From assembly GCA_964016885.1 (NCBI GenBank), contig OZ024740.1, positions 342,302,001-342,366,000 on the forward strand: a DNA stretch of 64,000 bases, written 5' to 3'. Positions 25,541-38,788 of the stretch are shown here, in pieces (positions within the stretch are counted from its first letter, which is position 1; the number at the start of each line of letters is the position of its first letter). The stretch is from Eledone cirrhosa. Lineage: Eukaryota. A program made the translations under genes and the position numbers. The notes beneath the pieces are model-generated. The model was not told the DNA's origin, made no database searches, and saw nothing but the letters and a program-made list of their open reading frames with translations.

Positions 25541-25800
25541 AAGAAACGGATTTGGAAACTCTGCTTCGTAGAATCGAGATGTATCTGAGGATCTTGCGAT
25601 TTCAGAGTCAGGTTCGATCATTGTATCGATCGTGCCTTGAGCTGGTCGCCAGAGAAACGATTGTAATATGTCTAATAAATTTTATTCGTCGCACCACTGA
25701 TTCTTCGTTACTTATGTGATATTATACTCTGCCCTGTAAGAACATCGAGTGCTCAAACGGCATACTGCTTACGGACGCTTTAAGTATCCCAGACCAATTA
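25538..25800 (+). mobile_element. Solo pseudo-LTR-like element carrying a hammerhead, in (TA)n
   Basis: Hammerhead, AATAAA and tail homologous to 4293-4641. Confidence 0.75.
25577..25673 (+). ncRNA. Type I hammerhead ribozyme motif with ~62-nt stem II
   Basis: AGATGTAT-CTGAGGA-[TCT.GCGA...TCGC.AGA]-GAAA-CGATTG-TA-ATATGTCT; 8-bp stem I with two G:U pairs. Confidence 0.8.
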
Positions 25801-26809
25801 TATATATATAGTGTGTATTATATAATTGTTTCTACTTTTGGCACAAGGCCAGCAATTACCCAGTACATTACTGGTACTTTATTTTATTGACCCCACAAGG
25901 ATGAACAGCAAAGTTAACCTCGGCGGGATTTGAACTCAGAATGGGAAGGGCCGTAACTCTATGCGTCAATATAATGACTGATATGTCGTATCAACCATTA
26001 TATAACATATAATGGTTGGTATGTTATGTATGATTTTCTTCTTCTTCTATATGATATATATATAATGTATGGTTATATAGTATATGCTATGATATATGTG
26101 AAATGTATGATTATATAATATATGATATAATAAATATAAAATGTATGATTATACAATACATGTAATGTTTTGTTTTTATTGGATTAGCTTAGAGAAATGT
26201 ATTATGCACGTCACAAAACTGGTGGGATAATATTTTTCTTGAAAAGTTGCAAGTCTTTGATTCCAAGAAAAACATGTACAGGGAGTGAATTACAGAAGGT
26301 CGATTTTTAGAGTGGAAAAACTGGTTAGTGTGGGACTAGGTGAAGAGATGAGCAGGGAGGAGATAAGAAAGTCTGGAGTGTCTGAGTAGAGGTGGTATGA
26401 GATCAACCAACTCTGGAGAAGAGAAGCCACTATAGTAGCAGTAGAAGGGAGAAAAAAGAAAGAAGACAGTATGTCTACAGGTTACAAGTTGGAATATGTT
26501 GGCAACCAGAAGGCTATGGAGGAATGAAGAATTGTATTCTTTGTATTGGAGTGAATGTTGTTTGAGATGATGAAAAAGAAGTTAATGATGTATAGGAGGA
26601 AAACTGTGGAGGGAATACCCCGAAGCCTGGGTATACTAGAGTTGATAGGATGTATGACAAAGAGAGCTTTATCAGTACATGCCATGATGTGACCTGATAG
26701 GCAGCCACCAACCCAAGAAATCAATGTGTAACATAAGATTACATGATATAAGGAAGTAATGATTAATGTGTAATGTATGATTATACAATACACAGAATAT
26801 GTGTTGGAC

Positions 26810-27075
26810 CTCCGTCAGTTTCAACAACCAGTGTTCCACTTGTTCAAACAAAGGAACAGCCTGCTTGTAAAATTAATGTATATTCCACTGACACATAGTT
26901 CTCAGGGAGATTCACTATAACTCTGTGTGTGACAAGGAATGACTTATTTTTGCCAGCTTCATGAACTGGAGTAATGTGAAATAAGGTGTCTTGTTCAAGG
27001 ATGTAATGCATGGCAGGGAATTGAACTCATGACTTTAGGATTATGAACCAAACATTCTAACCACCATATACCTTC
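26810..27075 (-). mobile_element. Old tRNA/CORE SINE of a second family
   Basis: Homologous to 61905-62203 (GAACAGCCTGCT...CAGGGAGATTCA...GTGTCTTGTTCAAGG). Confidence 0.65.
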
Positions 27076-30000
27076 ACACATAGAATGTATGGTTGTTTAA
27101 TAGATCTCAGTGCGCATGTTGCATCTTTCAATATAGATATAGAACTTTGTAAAAGACTTGCAGGCGATCACTATATCACCAATACAATATTCTTCTCTAA
27201 ATATGAAGGACATAATTCTCAATAGATTGCTTTCTTCCCAGGCTTAGACAACAACATAAACTGCCACTCTTGTTATTGTTATTTATGAAGCACCCATTAG
27301 TTATACAGTGCTCCCACTATCAAATATTATTGACTATATCTCTGCATGACATATATCTATATCATCTTTATCACCAACCTCACAACCCCCATCCTCATCT
27401 TCATCATGTTACACCTGCATTCCATTGTAGCATGGGTTGAACAGGTCCTCAGGCTGCAAATCAGTAGTTATTTGGAGTTACTACACTCCTAGATGTGTTA
27501 TGGGGACCAAATATAATTCATACATTTCAATTTTGGCATGGTTTCTATGGCCAGATGCCCTTCCTAAAACTAACCACTTTAAAATGCTTTTAAGTGTATA
27601 CTAAGTAAATTTTATTATGGTATCAACACTAATGGGGTTGTCATGTCCTCAATAAAATTAAAAAGTATACTCTACCCTAAAGTGTCACCATTCGACTGTC
27701 AGCCATGTTACAGAGTGTATTGGGTCCATTTTATCATGTCACCAACACTAGAGAAATTCACTTGCCTCTATATGGCTGTTCACTCTTCTCCAAGGAAGAC
27801 CATTACTGGCTTTTAAGAGATTTGTACTTTCAACAGTGGCACTTTAAGTCTGCCAGACTCCTTCATCTTTTGCTAGACCTTACAAACAAATCTGCACACC
27901 AGAATGCAGAGTTGCATGCATTCAGGCTAGGTATCCACTTTGGTGATACCTTCTTCTCTCCCATCTTGTTGGCCATGAGAAGTGTCATAGGTTCTTCCTT
28001 TCCCTCACTTACTAAAAACAGTAAAAGACATAAAATAAAATAAAAACAAACCAAAACAATTGTTTTTTATTTTGTCACTATTTGCTGCTCAGTGGCCCTA
28101 AAAGTGACACCTAACTCTTCATGGCTCACTATCCCAGGTCATGTAGGAAAGAAAGGATTTTGACGACTCCCAACAGAGAAAATGGGTAATTCGTAATGTG
28201 AAAGTTTTTGAAAAAGTGATCTATATATATATATATGGTAGGCTTCTGTACTGTTTCAGTCCACAAAATTCACTTATGAGGCATTGGTGAATCCAAATCT
28301 ACAACAGAATATATTTGCACATGATGCTATATAGTATGACTGAACCCAAAACAATATGGTGGCAAAATAAACTCCTTAACCACACAGCCATGACTGTACT
28401 TAATCTGAAGATATCTAAAAAGAGGAGTTGCTAGAAGTATTTCATCTTTAACCTTTTTGAAACTATATATTTTAACGGTCATATATAAATTATCATCTTC
28501 CAATATAAATTTATCAGAACCATATGTTAAGTTACTATCTTGGTATTAAAATAATTAATCATTTTTGAAAATAAAATCCTCCAAGATACTTCATTAATTA
28601 ATTGAAATAAAGTATATTTCATTAGATATACAGTCACCAAAGTGTTAATCTAGTATTCCAGTTGATTACTTATAGAATTTAATCAGTGTTCACCTTGTTT
28701 ACTTGATAGGGTCCAGATGTTGACAAGTTCTCTCACTAGTTTAGCTTTTTAAAAAAAACAAACAAAACAAAAATAATCAAAACAACCAACAACAAACAAA
28801 AACACACAAAGCAAGAAACCAAAGACCTATCAATGTTTAGACATTGGTTGAAAAACTGTTATATGATTTAATCCTGTTTTTTCAGGCCACTATTTTTACT
28901 TCTAGGTTTTATGACGCACATATACACATATACATACAAACTACTTCCACATGCACACACACACACACTCACACACGCTCACACACACACACATGTAATA
29001 TACACATATGCACACATCTGCACGCATACATCATACTCTTACACATGCAACATAGGTAATTATAAATATTCCTAGCTTTCACTACACATACACACACACA
29101 CTCTCCCTCTCCCACACACACACTCATACACTCACATACACATACAAACACATATACACACCCTACACTTATACATAAATTCTCTCTCTCTCACATCTTT
29201 CTCTGTTTTTTCTCTAACATACATAATACGCATCCGTGCCTGCACATGTTTCTACGCAGAAATAAATATATACACAAGCAATATATCCAATCAAATTTAT
29301 TTATTCCTGTTTGGCCAAGAATTTTTGGTGCTATTTATTTCTACTTTCTTTTTTCATGTTTGTTTATTCAATGGTTTTTTTAACATCTCTGTTTGGAATC
29401 TGGCCGATAAATGGCTTCCTTTTACTACCATTCACTTTTAATAAATTGATTTCATTGGTCTTTGAGTGTTGCATATTTAAATATTAAATTAACAGTCCTC
29501 ACCATCTAACCCTTACTATATACAATAGGTTCTCTTCTACTTCACCATTACCTTCGCCATCACCATCACCACCAGTGAAAAAAAATCAAAATGGCATCTA
29601 CATAGAACTGCATGTTATTTTACTTAAGAGTTTGGGATCTTGTTTATTTCCTTTTCTTTTTGTTATTTCTAACTTTTCACCCTGTTTAGGTTCAAGGGTT
29701 ACAACTATCTTTTCCCTTAACCCCCTCCACCACTGACACATGCACACACATACACACACACAAACACATGTACATATGTACACACATACACAAACGTACA
29801 CATAGTCACATCTAGAAATATACTGATATCAACACTGAACATAATTTTGGGGTTGCATTTTATTCTAGCTAAAATGTTACCAAAATAGGAACTTATTATA
29901 ATTGATTTCTAACATAAGCTCAAAGACTCCAATTTGGGGAGAAAGGAACAGTTGAATATATTACCCCAAGTACTTAACTGGTACTTTACTTTACTAAACT

Positions 30001-30429
30001 CAGAAAGATGAAAGTGAAATTTGACCATGGTGGAATTTGAACTCAGAAGATAAGGAGCTGGAACAAAAAGAACAAGACATTTGCTACCATTTTATGTATA
30101 CTTCATTGATTCCGTGACAATACAGAGCTTCTGTAACAGTTTTGGGATTGATGGTGGTTGTGCTTAAGTATATATACTGTACGTGTGTGTTATTATTATT
30201 AGCTCACACTATTGGTAGAGCGTCAGACAACCTGCTTCTTGGCACAGAGTTACGGCCCTTTGCGTTCTTTGTTCAAATCCTGCCAATGTTAGCCTTATGA
30301 GTTTGATAAAATACAGTACCAGTCATGCACTGGGTTGATTTAATTGACTTTTCCTCCCCAAAATTGCTGGCCTTGTGCCTAAAGTAGAAATCATTATTAG
30401 CTCACACTTTTTTTATCACCAATATGTGA

Positions 30430-31140
30430 CTAAGAAATTAAAAACATGATCATACGAACATATTTAGAGTCAATAGAAAATGAGTTTAGAAAAACAAAAG
30501 CACTAGTATATTGAATCAAATTATTAGAAAGCCACTTAGAATCAGATGTCTTGTAATTCTTCTCTGTTGTGATTGTTTCACCAGAATTCAGAAAGTTATA
30601 GTGGATTAATCTGGCTGTGGACCACCAAACTGTCACCATAACATTTTTTTGGTGCAACTTCAGCTTTTGGGAGTGTTTAGGAGCTTCATATCAGTTCAAC
30701 CTCTGAGTTTAATATCATTGGTTGCTGAATAACATCCACTTTTTATCACATGTCACAATGCATTGTTTGATCAAACAATGAATCATTTTTATGATTTTCA
30801 TTCAATTTATGTAGCACCCATTTTTGAGCTTTGATGTTCCAATTCACTTCAAATGTTCAGAAATTGTTCCAGTGCTTACATCTGTCTTTCTTTCAACCTC
30901 TTGAGTAGTTGTGTGAGAATTTGCTTCCACCAAACACTTCAATTTATCATTGCCAGTGGCAGAAGGATGTCTGCAACTTTTTGTTAACTTCATGAGTTAA
31001 TTCAAGGTGAAAATACTACTTTGACATATTAACTTCATAGATCTGAAGATTGACAAAAATGCAATTCATATTAAAAATGAATTACATAGCAAGAAAAAGT
31101 ATAAAATAAGCTTTAAAATTACACACCTCTTGTGTGAGTT
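30430..31140 (-). mobile_element. Decayed mariner transposon
   Basis: HQKNVMVTVWWSTARLIHYNFLNSGETIT matches the mariner catalytic region; HTH-region remnant (KLKCLVEANSHTTT) lies upstream. Confidence 0.8.
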
Positions 31141-31320
31141 TTATTCTTAAAAAAATGTTGAAACAAATGAAAACATAAAAGCTGTATTATTTTCTAATCA
31201 TCTGTATGTATATATACAAAGCGAGTCAACAAATGAACAGGAAAACAAAAACAAAATAGAATATGACACAAATTGAGACTATTAACTTAACATTGTTGAG
31301 AAGTGGGAAAATATTGAATA

Positions 31321-31466
31321 CTAGCAGAATGGCCCGGCGTTGCTTGGGATTTGCTCTAGGGTTCTTATATATTTGATATATATTTATCCTTATCGAGCCT
31401 CGTGAAATAAATACGTTTGTTTATATTTTGTTATTGTGTATACAAAAATATCTCTACACGAATATA

Positions 31467-31519
<53 letters not shown>

Positions 31520-31640
31520 CAGTACACAGAAGTACGGAATACCTCGGCCTTGGGATGGTGTCTACATTTTTTGCTTCGTTTCAGGATGTGCCCTTCTTAA
31601 AAAAAATACAGAGAAGGCACAGAAAGTAGAGAAACATATA
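31321..31640 (-). mobile_element. Helitron-like 3' end
   Basis: Reverse complement ends CCCAAGCAACGCCGGGCCATTCTGCTAG|T: subterminal hairpin plus CTAG. Confidence 0.75.
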
Positions 31641-31781
31641 TATATATATAGAGAGAGATATGTAAAATACCAACTACTTGGTGCCGCAATTGGGATTTTA
31701 CATATCTCTATACCACCCTGCACCTCCCCATGCATTGAGTGCTCCCATGATTAGTGGTCTCCTCAGTCTCAGCACCACAGA

Positions 31782-31819
<38 letters not shown>

Positions 31820-31821
31820 AG

Positions 31822-32006
31822 AGGAACCAGTAAGACCCCGACAGCTGAGCTCAAGCCGTTTCGACGGCTAATTCAGAATTAGCCGTCGAAACGGCTTGAG
31901 CTCAGCTGTCGGGGTCTTACTGGTTCCTATTACCCACTCTACTACCTCAAGTATTGAGTACTTTGGTGCGTTATGGTCCACCTGGTTCCTTACCACATTT
32001 CCTTCG

Positions 32007-32009
<3 letters not shown>
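31822..32009 (+). mobile_element. Fold-back half-hammerhead element, family 2, copy 3 (best preserved)
   Basis: Palindrome 31822-31928; GAAA 31888-31891, GTC 31908-31910; tail 31929-32009; (TA)n on both sides. Confidence 0.9.
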
Positions 32010-32024
<15 letters not shown>

Positions 32025-32042
<18 letters not shown>

Positions 32043-33585
32043 GAGAATATCTGTCTGTCTGGACTCCCTAAAACTCGAGAACCACCCAACCGATTGTTTT
32101 CAAACTTTACACATGTAATATTTATGGTCCTGTGAGTGTTTTGAGCTAAAAATATTCAAATTTTCAATGCCCTAGGGACTGCATTAGGCGATTTATTGAT
32201 CTCTCTCTATAATTCTTAGTCTTTCTTTTTAGATAGATATGTAATGTCTGGGTCACCAATGTGACGGGACCAGTAAAGTGAAATCAGTTATGGGCCAGTG
32301 CTCGGCCAACACTATCCTTCTGGCTTTGGCATAGGAGTTCAGTGTATTGACATCTGTGTGATCTCGTGGTCCAAAGGCTGTCTGCTGTTTGCTGTCTCCG
32401 TGGCTTGTCTAGGAAAGTAATACTGCTGCTTACTAAAATAGTGTTCTCAACCAGGGGGAGACAACTAGGCCTGGTCCATTATCCGACAGGGGGCGTAAGG
32501 CGTCTTACTACAGATACATAGATATAACGTTGTGCCCTATAATATCTGTCTGTATGTCTGGCTGTCTGTATTACGACATATGACGCTATATATGTGTGTG
32601 TGTGTATATATGTATATATAGTGTGTGTATATATATATATATAGTGTGTAACGTTTTTCTAAATATTTACTTCTGTGTTCACAGATCGATTTTTTTAGTT
32701 TCAGAAGATCCTGTTAAGAGTGAAAGCAGCGATTCTTTGCTTACTCTGCTTAATTCTCTGCTTAATCTGTTATTTTAATGTTTCAATCACATATATTTTT
32801 ATTTGTTTGACCCAAATTACTTGGTCGTTTCTTTGGCTGTGCGGATGATTGTTTAACCATCGTCTCAGTGTGTTTGGCCTTTAATGTATGTTGTAGCTCT
32901 GGTTCATATGAATCATTGAGCGCTTGCCACACATCTCGGAAGTTGTTTTTCGTTAATTCCTAAGCTGAAATACGATTCTTGCTAATTTATATTTGTATTA
33001 ATCTCCAGAGTCTAGCTATTGACCAGTTAGTTTTCTTGATTTTTTTAGTTGATTCTATTGACTGATGAATATCTTATGTTAACTTTAACCATTCTGTTGA
33101 GAGCTTTATTCGATTTGTGATGTTTTGCATTCTTGCAATAATATACACAACTGAATTCATTTGCCTAAAATAAGGGTTGCCTCCCTTGCCGAACTCCACG
33201 TGGGGTCAGTAACAGTCATTCTTTAAATTAGCATCTGAACTAAAACCCGTTGAAAAAGTGGCTTCCTTGTTCAATCATCTTACCAGAAGCCTAACATTAT
33301 TTATGTAAGCGGACAGTACTTGATTTAGGAGTCGCAGAAACCCAAATGCTGGATTTTACCAACCATCCAGGGGTCCGGGTAAATTTTCAATCACATATAT
33401 TTTTATTTGTTTGACCCGAATTACTTGATCGTTTCTTTGGCTGTGCGGATGATTGTTTAACCATTGTCTCAGTGTGTTTGGCCTTTAACGTATGTTGTAG
33501 CTCTGGTTCATATGAATCATTGAGCGCTTACCACACATCTCGGAAGTTGTTTTTCGTTAATTCCTAAGCCGAAATACGATATATT

Positions 33586-33632
<47 letters not shown>

Positions 33633-33909
33633 TTATATATATATATATAATTATATATTCGTGTACAGATATTTTTGCATACACAATAACAAAATATAAA
33701 TAAAAGTATTTATTTCGCGATAAAGTATTGATTTTCTTCACACGGAAAAAAACCCTGGTAATCTACGACAAATTTTTTTTATAATCACAAAATGTAGACA
33801 CCATCCTGAGGTCGAGGTATTCCGTACTTCTCTGTACTGTTTCAGAAAGGAGTGATAAACATGCCAATCTATGTTTAGAATCCCGAGCAACGCCGGGTCA
33901 TTCTGCTAG
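32025..33909 (+). mobile_element. Probable non-autonomous Helitron with nested insertion
   Basis: 5' ATATATAAAACAGAGAATATCTGTCTGTCTG; 3' CCCGAGCAACGCCGGGTCATTCTGCTAG|T. That both ends belong to one element is inferred. Confidence 0.55.
32781..33580 (-). repeat. Element bounded by ~196-bp direct repeats
   Basis: 32781-32976 and 33385-33580 are near-identical; a third copy in opposite orientation at 56788-57000. Confidence 0.85.
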
Positions 33910-34156
33910 TATATATATAAAATATATATTATATATCAAAATTAAATGAGAAAAACTCTTATCCTGGGAGTATAAACAAGATAGACGAAAACATTTTTCT
34001 ATCTAACTTTGCTTATATATAGATCTCCCAATCAAGGTTTTGTATGGGGAAGAATTGTTATTGGAACCACCAATAATTGTGTAATAAATATTTATACTCT
34101 GCTTTGTATTGAGTACCTTACTTACTGTGGTTACTCCCGATTGAACCCGGAATAAA

Positions 34157-34280
<124 letters not shown>

Positions 34281-37200
34281 TGTATATATATATTGTATTT
34301 TCAAATATTTCCAATATTACTGTAGATATTCTGTCACAAAATTTGGTAAACATTCAAACAATATTTGTTTCTGGTGTAATGTACCTCATTTCTTTCCATG
34401 TCACTAATGTCACACAAGGGAAAGACTTAGGCTGATTCAGCTTAACATCTGAGTCACCACAACTCATTTTTTCCAGCTGAATAGACTGGAGTAATGTGAA
34501 ATGAATTGTCTTGCTCAAGGACACAATGCATCACCTAGTCCAGGAATTGAACTCATGACCATACGAAGATAAATACTACAAGTTATATTATATCAATGAT
34601 TAAATAAGAAGCAGAAAAAGAAAGTGGGTTAGGTGAACATCAGGTAGTGATATTAAATATAGTAAATATCTGGGAAAGCAATTCATAAACAGATTAAAAA
34701 GGTATAGGTCAGTAGAAGTTCATATCTTTTAACATCTTATGTGTTTCTGAGAGATATCAACAGATTGAAAGTTTCTGTGTTGAGTTTTCCATCTTTTTGC
34801 TGTAGTAGTACTCTGTTCAAAATTGTGCATAATAATTCCGAATATCTCCAGTGTCATCCTCATAGTTTCACCCACAAACATAAGTGCCACCACCCACGAC
34901 ATGGAGGGGTAGAGGCTGGCTAAGTCTCAGGACAATTTATAACTATTTGACATTTTTGCCTTCTGATTAAAAAAAAAACTGAGCCCTGTACTTAATACCC
35001 AGAAATTGTCATTGCAAACTGAATGAAATAAAGTCTGAACAATACTGAGAAGAAATAAATGTATTCAATATTTCTGTTTGAATGCAACTCTAATTATAAA
35101 CTATCATCATCATCATCATTATTTAATCCCGCCGAGGTTAACTTTGCCTTTCATCCTTACGGGGTCGATAAAATAAAGTACCAGTAATGCACTGGGTAAT
35201 TGCTGGCCTTGTGCCAAAAAGTAGAAACAATTATTTAATGTTTGTCTTCCCTGCTAGCAAGGATTGGATGTGTCATTATAGACCAAGTCAGTCCTCAAGC
35301 AGAGCTGCTAACTTCTCAGACAAGCTGGGAGCCTGCATCTCATTTACATATCTTCCTGCACTCTACTGAGTGTTCATTCCCATGTTCTACCGTGCACATT
35401 TTATCATGGCATCAACATTAGGGAAGTTGTATTGTTTTTGACACAACTGAAGAGTCCTCCTGACCCTTTGTTTGACAGGTTTTTTTTATGGCTGGGGACC
35501 GCTCCTATCACCGGCCATTTTACAGAGTGTACTTGGTGTGTTTATTGTGTAGATCACCAACACTAGGAAGGTTGTCATGTCTTTGATACAGTTGAAGTGT
35601 CCTCAAATATCTTAAATGATTTTGCTATAATATATATATGAGTTAGCATTTTATAATATACACTGCCTAACAGCCACTCCTCCTTCAGATTTTACCTTTG
35701 CATCATATTGCATGGATAGGTGGGACACAGGGGCAACCTATTAATTTCTCATTGGTCTACTGCATTGAAAATGTTTTTTTTCAAGGGAATGGATGGGCAG
35801 TAAGATCAAGGACCACTCTAAGCAGTACAAACTCTAGCCAAACCAATGCTTGCATCTTAAAAAAAACAAGAAAATCAAGGATACATTAAATATCTCAATC
35901 CTAGACACACTATGCTAGAAGAACATCTTTGATTATACGTCTGCTCAATCAGAACTGACCTAGGGCTAAACCATAACAATTACTTAACTTCAGATTTTCA
36001 CTTTAAAATGTACTGAGAGAAAATTGGAGTAAACAAATTCCAAGAGTTTATTTAAAGCTGCTAGCAGAAAAATCTGGATGAATCAGGTACTGGGATATAA
36101 GACACATTCAGTAAAATGGCTGTTAACCAAACAGACATGATACAGTGAGAGAGGACTGTTGAGTCTTTCTGAGTACATGAGAACCTCACTAGTGCTGGTG
36201 CCATGATAAAATGCACCAGTACATGATGTAATGGGGTTAGTATTAGGTAAGGTATTCAGCTTTAGAAACTATGCCAAAATATGGAATTTATGAGCAAGGC
36301 ATGATATCCACCTATTTTGTCTCAACCTATTCCAGTATGGAAAGCAAATGTAAAACATTTGGGTTGACCAAGATACTCTCATGGAATGACCAAATGAGGT
36401 TTATTTTTCAACATAATCCTTAGAAAGAAACAATGTAGTTATTAATAAGAAAAGGTGAAACTAATACATGCAAGAGTTCACAGCTATAGCATCATCATCA
36501 TCATCATCATCATCGTTTTACGTTCACTTTTCCATGCATGCATGGGTCCTTCTCAGCACAGCATCTCTCCACTTGACACATTTCTTCGTCATCTCTTCTG
36601 TGAGTCTCAGTAATTTGAAGTCAACTCTCACCACTTCTGCCCAGGCATTTTTGGTCTACTAATATTTGGCATAGTTTCCACTGGCATTTTCCTGGAACTT
36701 CTTCACCCATCAATCATCATCCATGCACATCACATGTCTGTACCAATGCAATCTCCTCTCATGCACACCATCTCGGATTCCTCTTTAACCCATTTTCTCC
36801 CTCAATCCTTTCAGTGTCAATAAATAAAGTACCAGTCCAGGGATTGTAGATTGGTGGCTTTGTTAGAGTTGAATGGAATGCTTTGTGGTATCTGAACCAG
36901 TTCAGTGCATTCTGAGTTCAACTCCTGTGTCCTTCTGCCAGAAATTGCAATCAGCAGATAGCTAGTACCAACAATAGAGAGACCAACAGAAACATAGTTT
37001 CCTTGGTCTAATCTGATGAACGTTGTTTTTCCTATTTTTTATACACTAGAAAATACGATATTTTCCTCAATACTGAAAATATATTTTCTTTTTGTGATTA
37101 TATCCAATGGTTTCATTTATGAAAACAAAACTTACTTAAAGACCACTTCTGAAAACATGGAAAGTTGTTTTTCTTTATAATGTTGTTTACTTGTTTCCTG

Positions 37201-37469
37201 ATAAACTACTGACTGACCTCCCCCCCCCTACCTCAGTGTCAACTACAAGACGCTATCACTCTATAGCCCCCTTCTCCCACCTGGGAGTGTTGAGCTATAA
37301 AACTACCTCAAAACTTTTCATGAAAAGAAAATTCATCCAGTACAGTGTAAAACATATTTCGGTATTATAACACCTCATATATCTATCTGTGTATATATAT
37401 ATATACAAAAAAGTTATATATATATATATATATATACAAAAAAGTTATATATATATATATATATACAAA

Positions 37470-37982
37470 GTTATATCTGTATAAATACAGAGGGTTTATC
37501 CAAGACTGCGCCAACATGTATAAATATATACACATATCTAATATGTAGGCATGTAAACATGCTAGAAAATATGGATTTCTCTGTAAATTGAAAAAAATCT
37601 TTAATTGATTTTCGGATCTTCTTAGATCCTCATCAGAAGACGTGTATATCATCTAATCAACCACAAAGCAGCATGTATATGATGGGTATATATATATACC
37701 CATTCGTTCTTAGTATTATTCTTAAATCGACATACTAATTTGTATATAGTTGGTGCTTGTGTTGGTAATTAATTAAGATATATAGTAAGAAGTTATAACT
37801 GTATAATAAAGTTATATCTGTATATACACAGACATAACTTTATCACACACTTCGGCTGCTAGCACACTTCTTACTATCATATTTTCTGGTATGTTTATAT
37901 GCCTACATATTAGATATGTGTATTTATTCATTAACACAGGTGCAGTCTCGATTACCCACTCTGTATTTATACAGATATAAAT
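37470..37982 (-). mobile_element. Non-coding element with ~105-bp inverted repeats enclosing a hammerhead
   Basis: 37470-37572 is the reverse complement of 37878-37982. Confidence 0.7.
37598..37640 (-). ncRNA. Minimal type I hammerhead ribozyme motif
   Basis: TCTT-CTGATGA-GGATCT-AAGA-AGATCC-GAAA-ATCAAT-TA-AAGA: complete core, perfect 6-bp stem II, UUA triplet. Confidence 0.85.
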
Positions 37983-38031
37983 TTATCATGCACTTCGGCT
38001 GCTAGTGCACTTCTTACTACATATATATATA

Positions 38032-38080
<49 letters not shown>

Positions 38081-38082
<2 letters not shown>

Positions 38083-38276
38083 CACAAAGGAAGTGTGGTA
38101 AGGAACCAGATGGACCATAACGCACTAGAGTACTCAATACTTAGGGTAGTAATAAGAAAATGTTTAACCCTGATGGCAGAGTTCAAGCCGTTTCGACGGT
38201 TATTTCTGGACTATTAATCCAGAAATAGCCGTCGAAATGGCTTGAGCTCTGCCGTCGGGTTTAAACATTTTCCTAT
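38081..38276 (-). mobile_element. Fold-back half-hammerhead element, family 2, copy 4
   Basis: Tail plus palindrome 38152-38276. Confidence 0.85.
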
Positions 38277-38719
38277 ATATATTATATATATATATCTAGG
38301 GCGGGTAAAATTCCTGATATCCACCGGTCTCTGTCCCTCATCATTGCTGCCATGTCCTGTGTCTCTGAGAGACCTGTATCTGTCCTTAGGGCATCAACAT
38401 ATGTCAAGCTCAGTCTCCCTCTTCCTTCTAGTGTGTCCGTGCAAGGGCTCCCACAGGAGTACTGAGTGTGGTGTCAACTCTGAATGTTGGTGAACATGTC
38501 CAGCTAACCTCAGTCTCCTCTGTGTTATATTCGAGGTGACTTTTGGGAGGATCCCGTACAACTATGAGTTCTTCATCCTCAGTGTATACATATATATATA
38601 TGTATATATGTATACTTCCCGTATGAGTAAGACAAGGTCAGCCGACCTGACACTGCCCACAGTAGGACAACCCGTCTAACCCATGCTAGCGTGGAAGGAT
38701 GGACGTAAAATGGTGATGA

Positions 38720-38788
<69 letters not shown>

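Noticed and set aside
27705-28054. Overlapping ORFs on both strands as a host exon
   Set aside because: No recognisable product; may be a very decayed RTE finger region. Kept only as a weak acceptor candidate.
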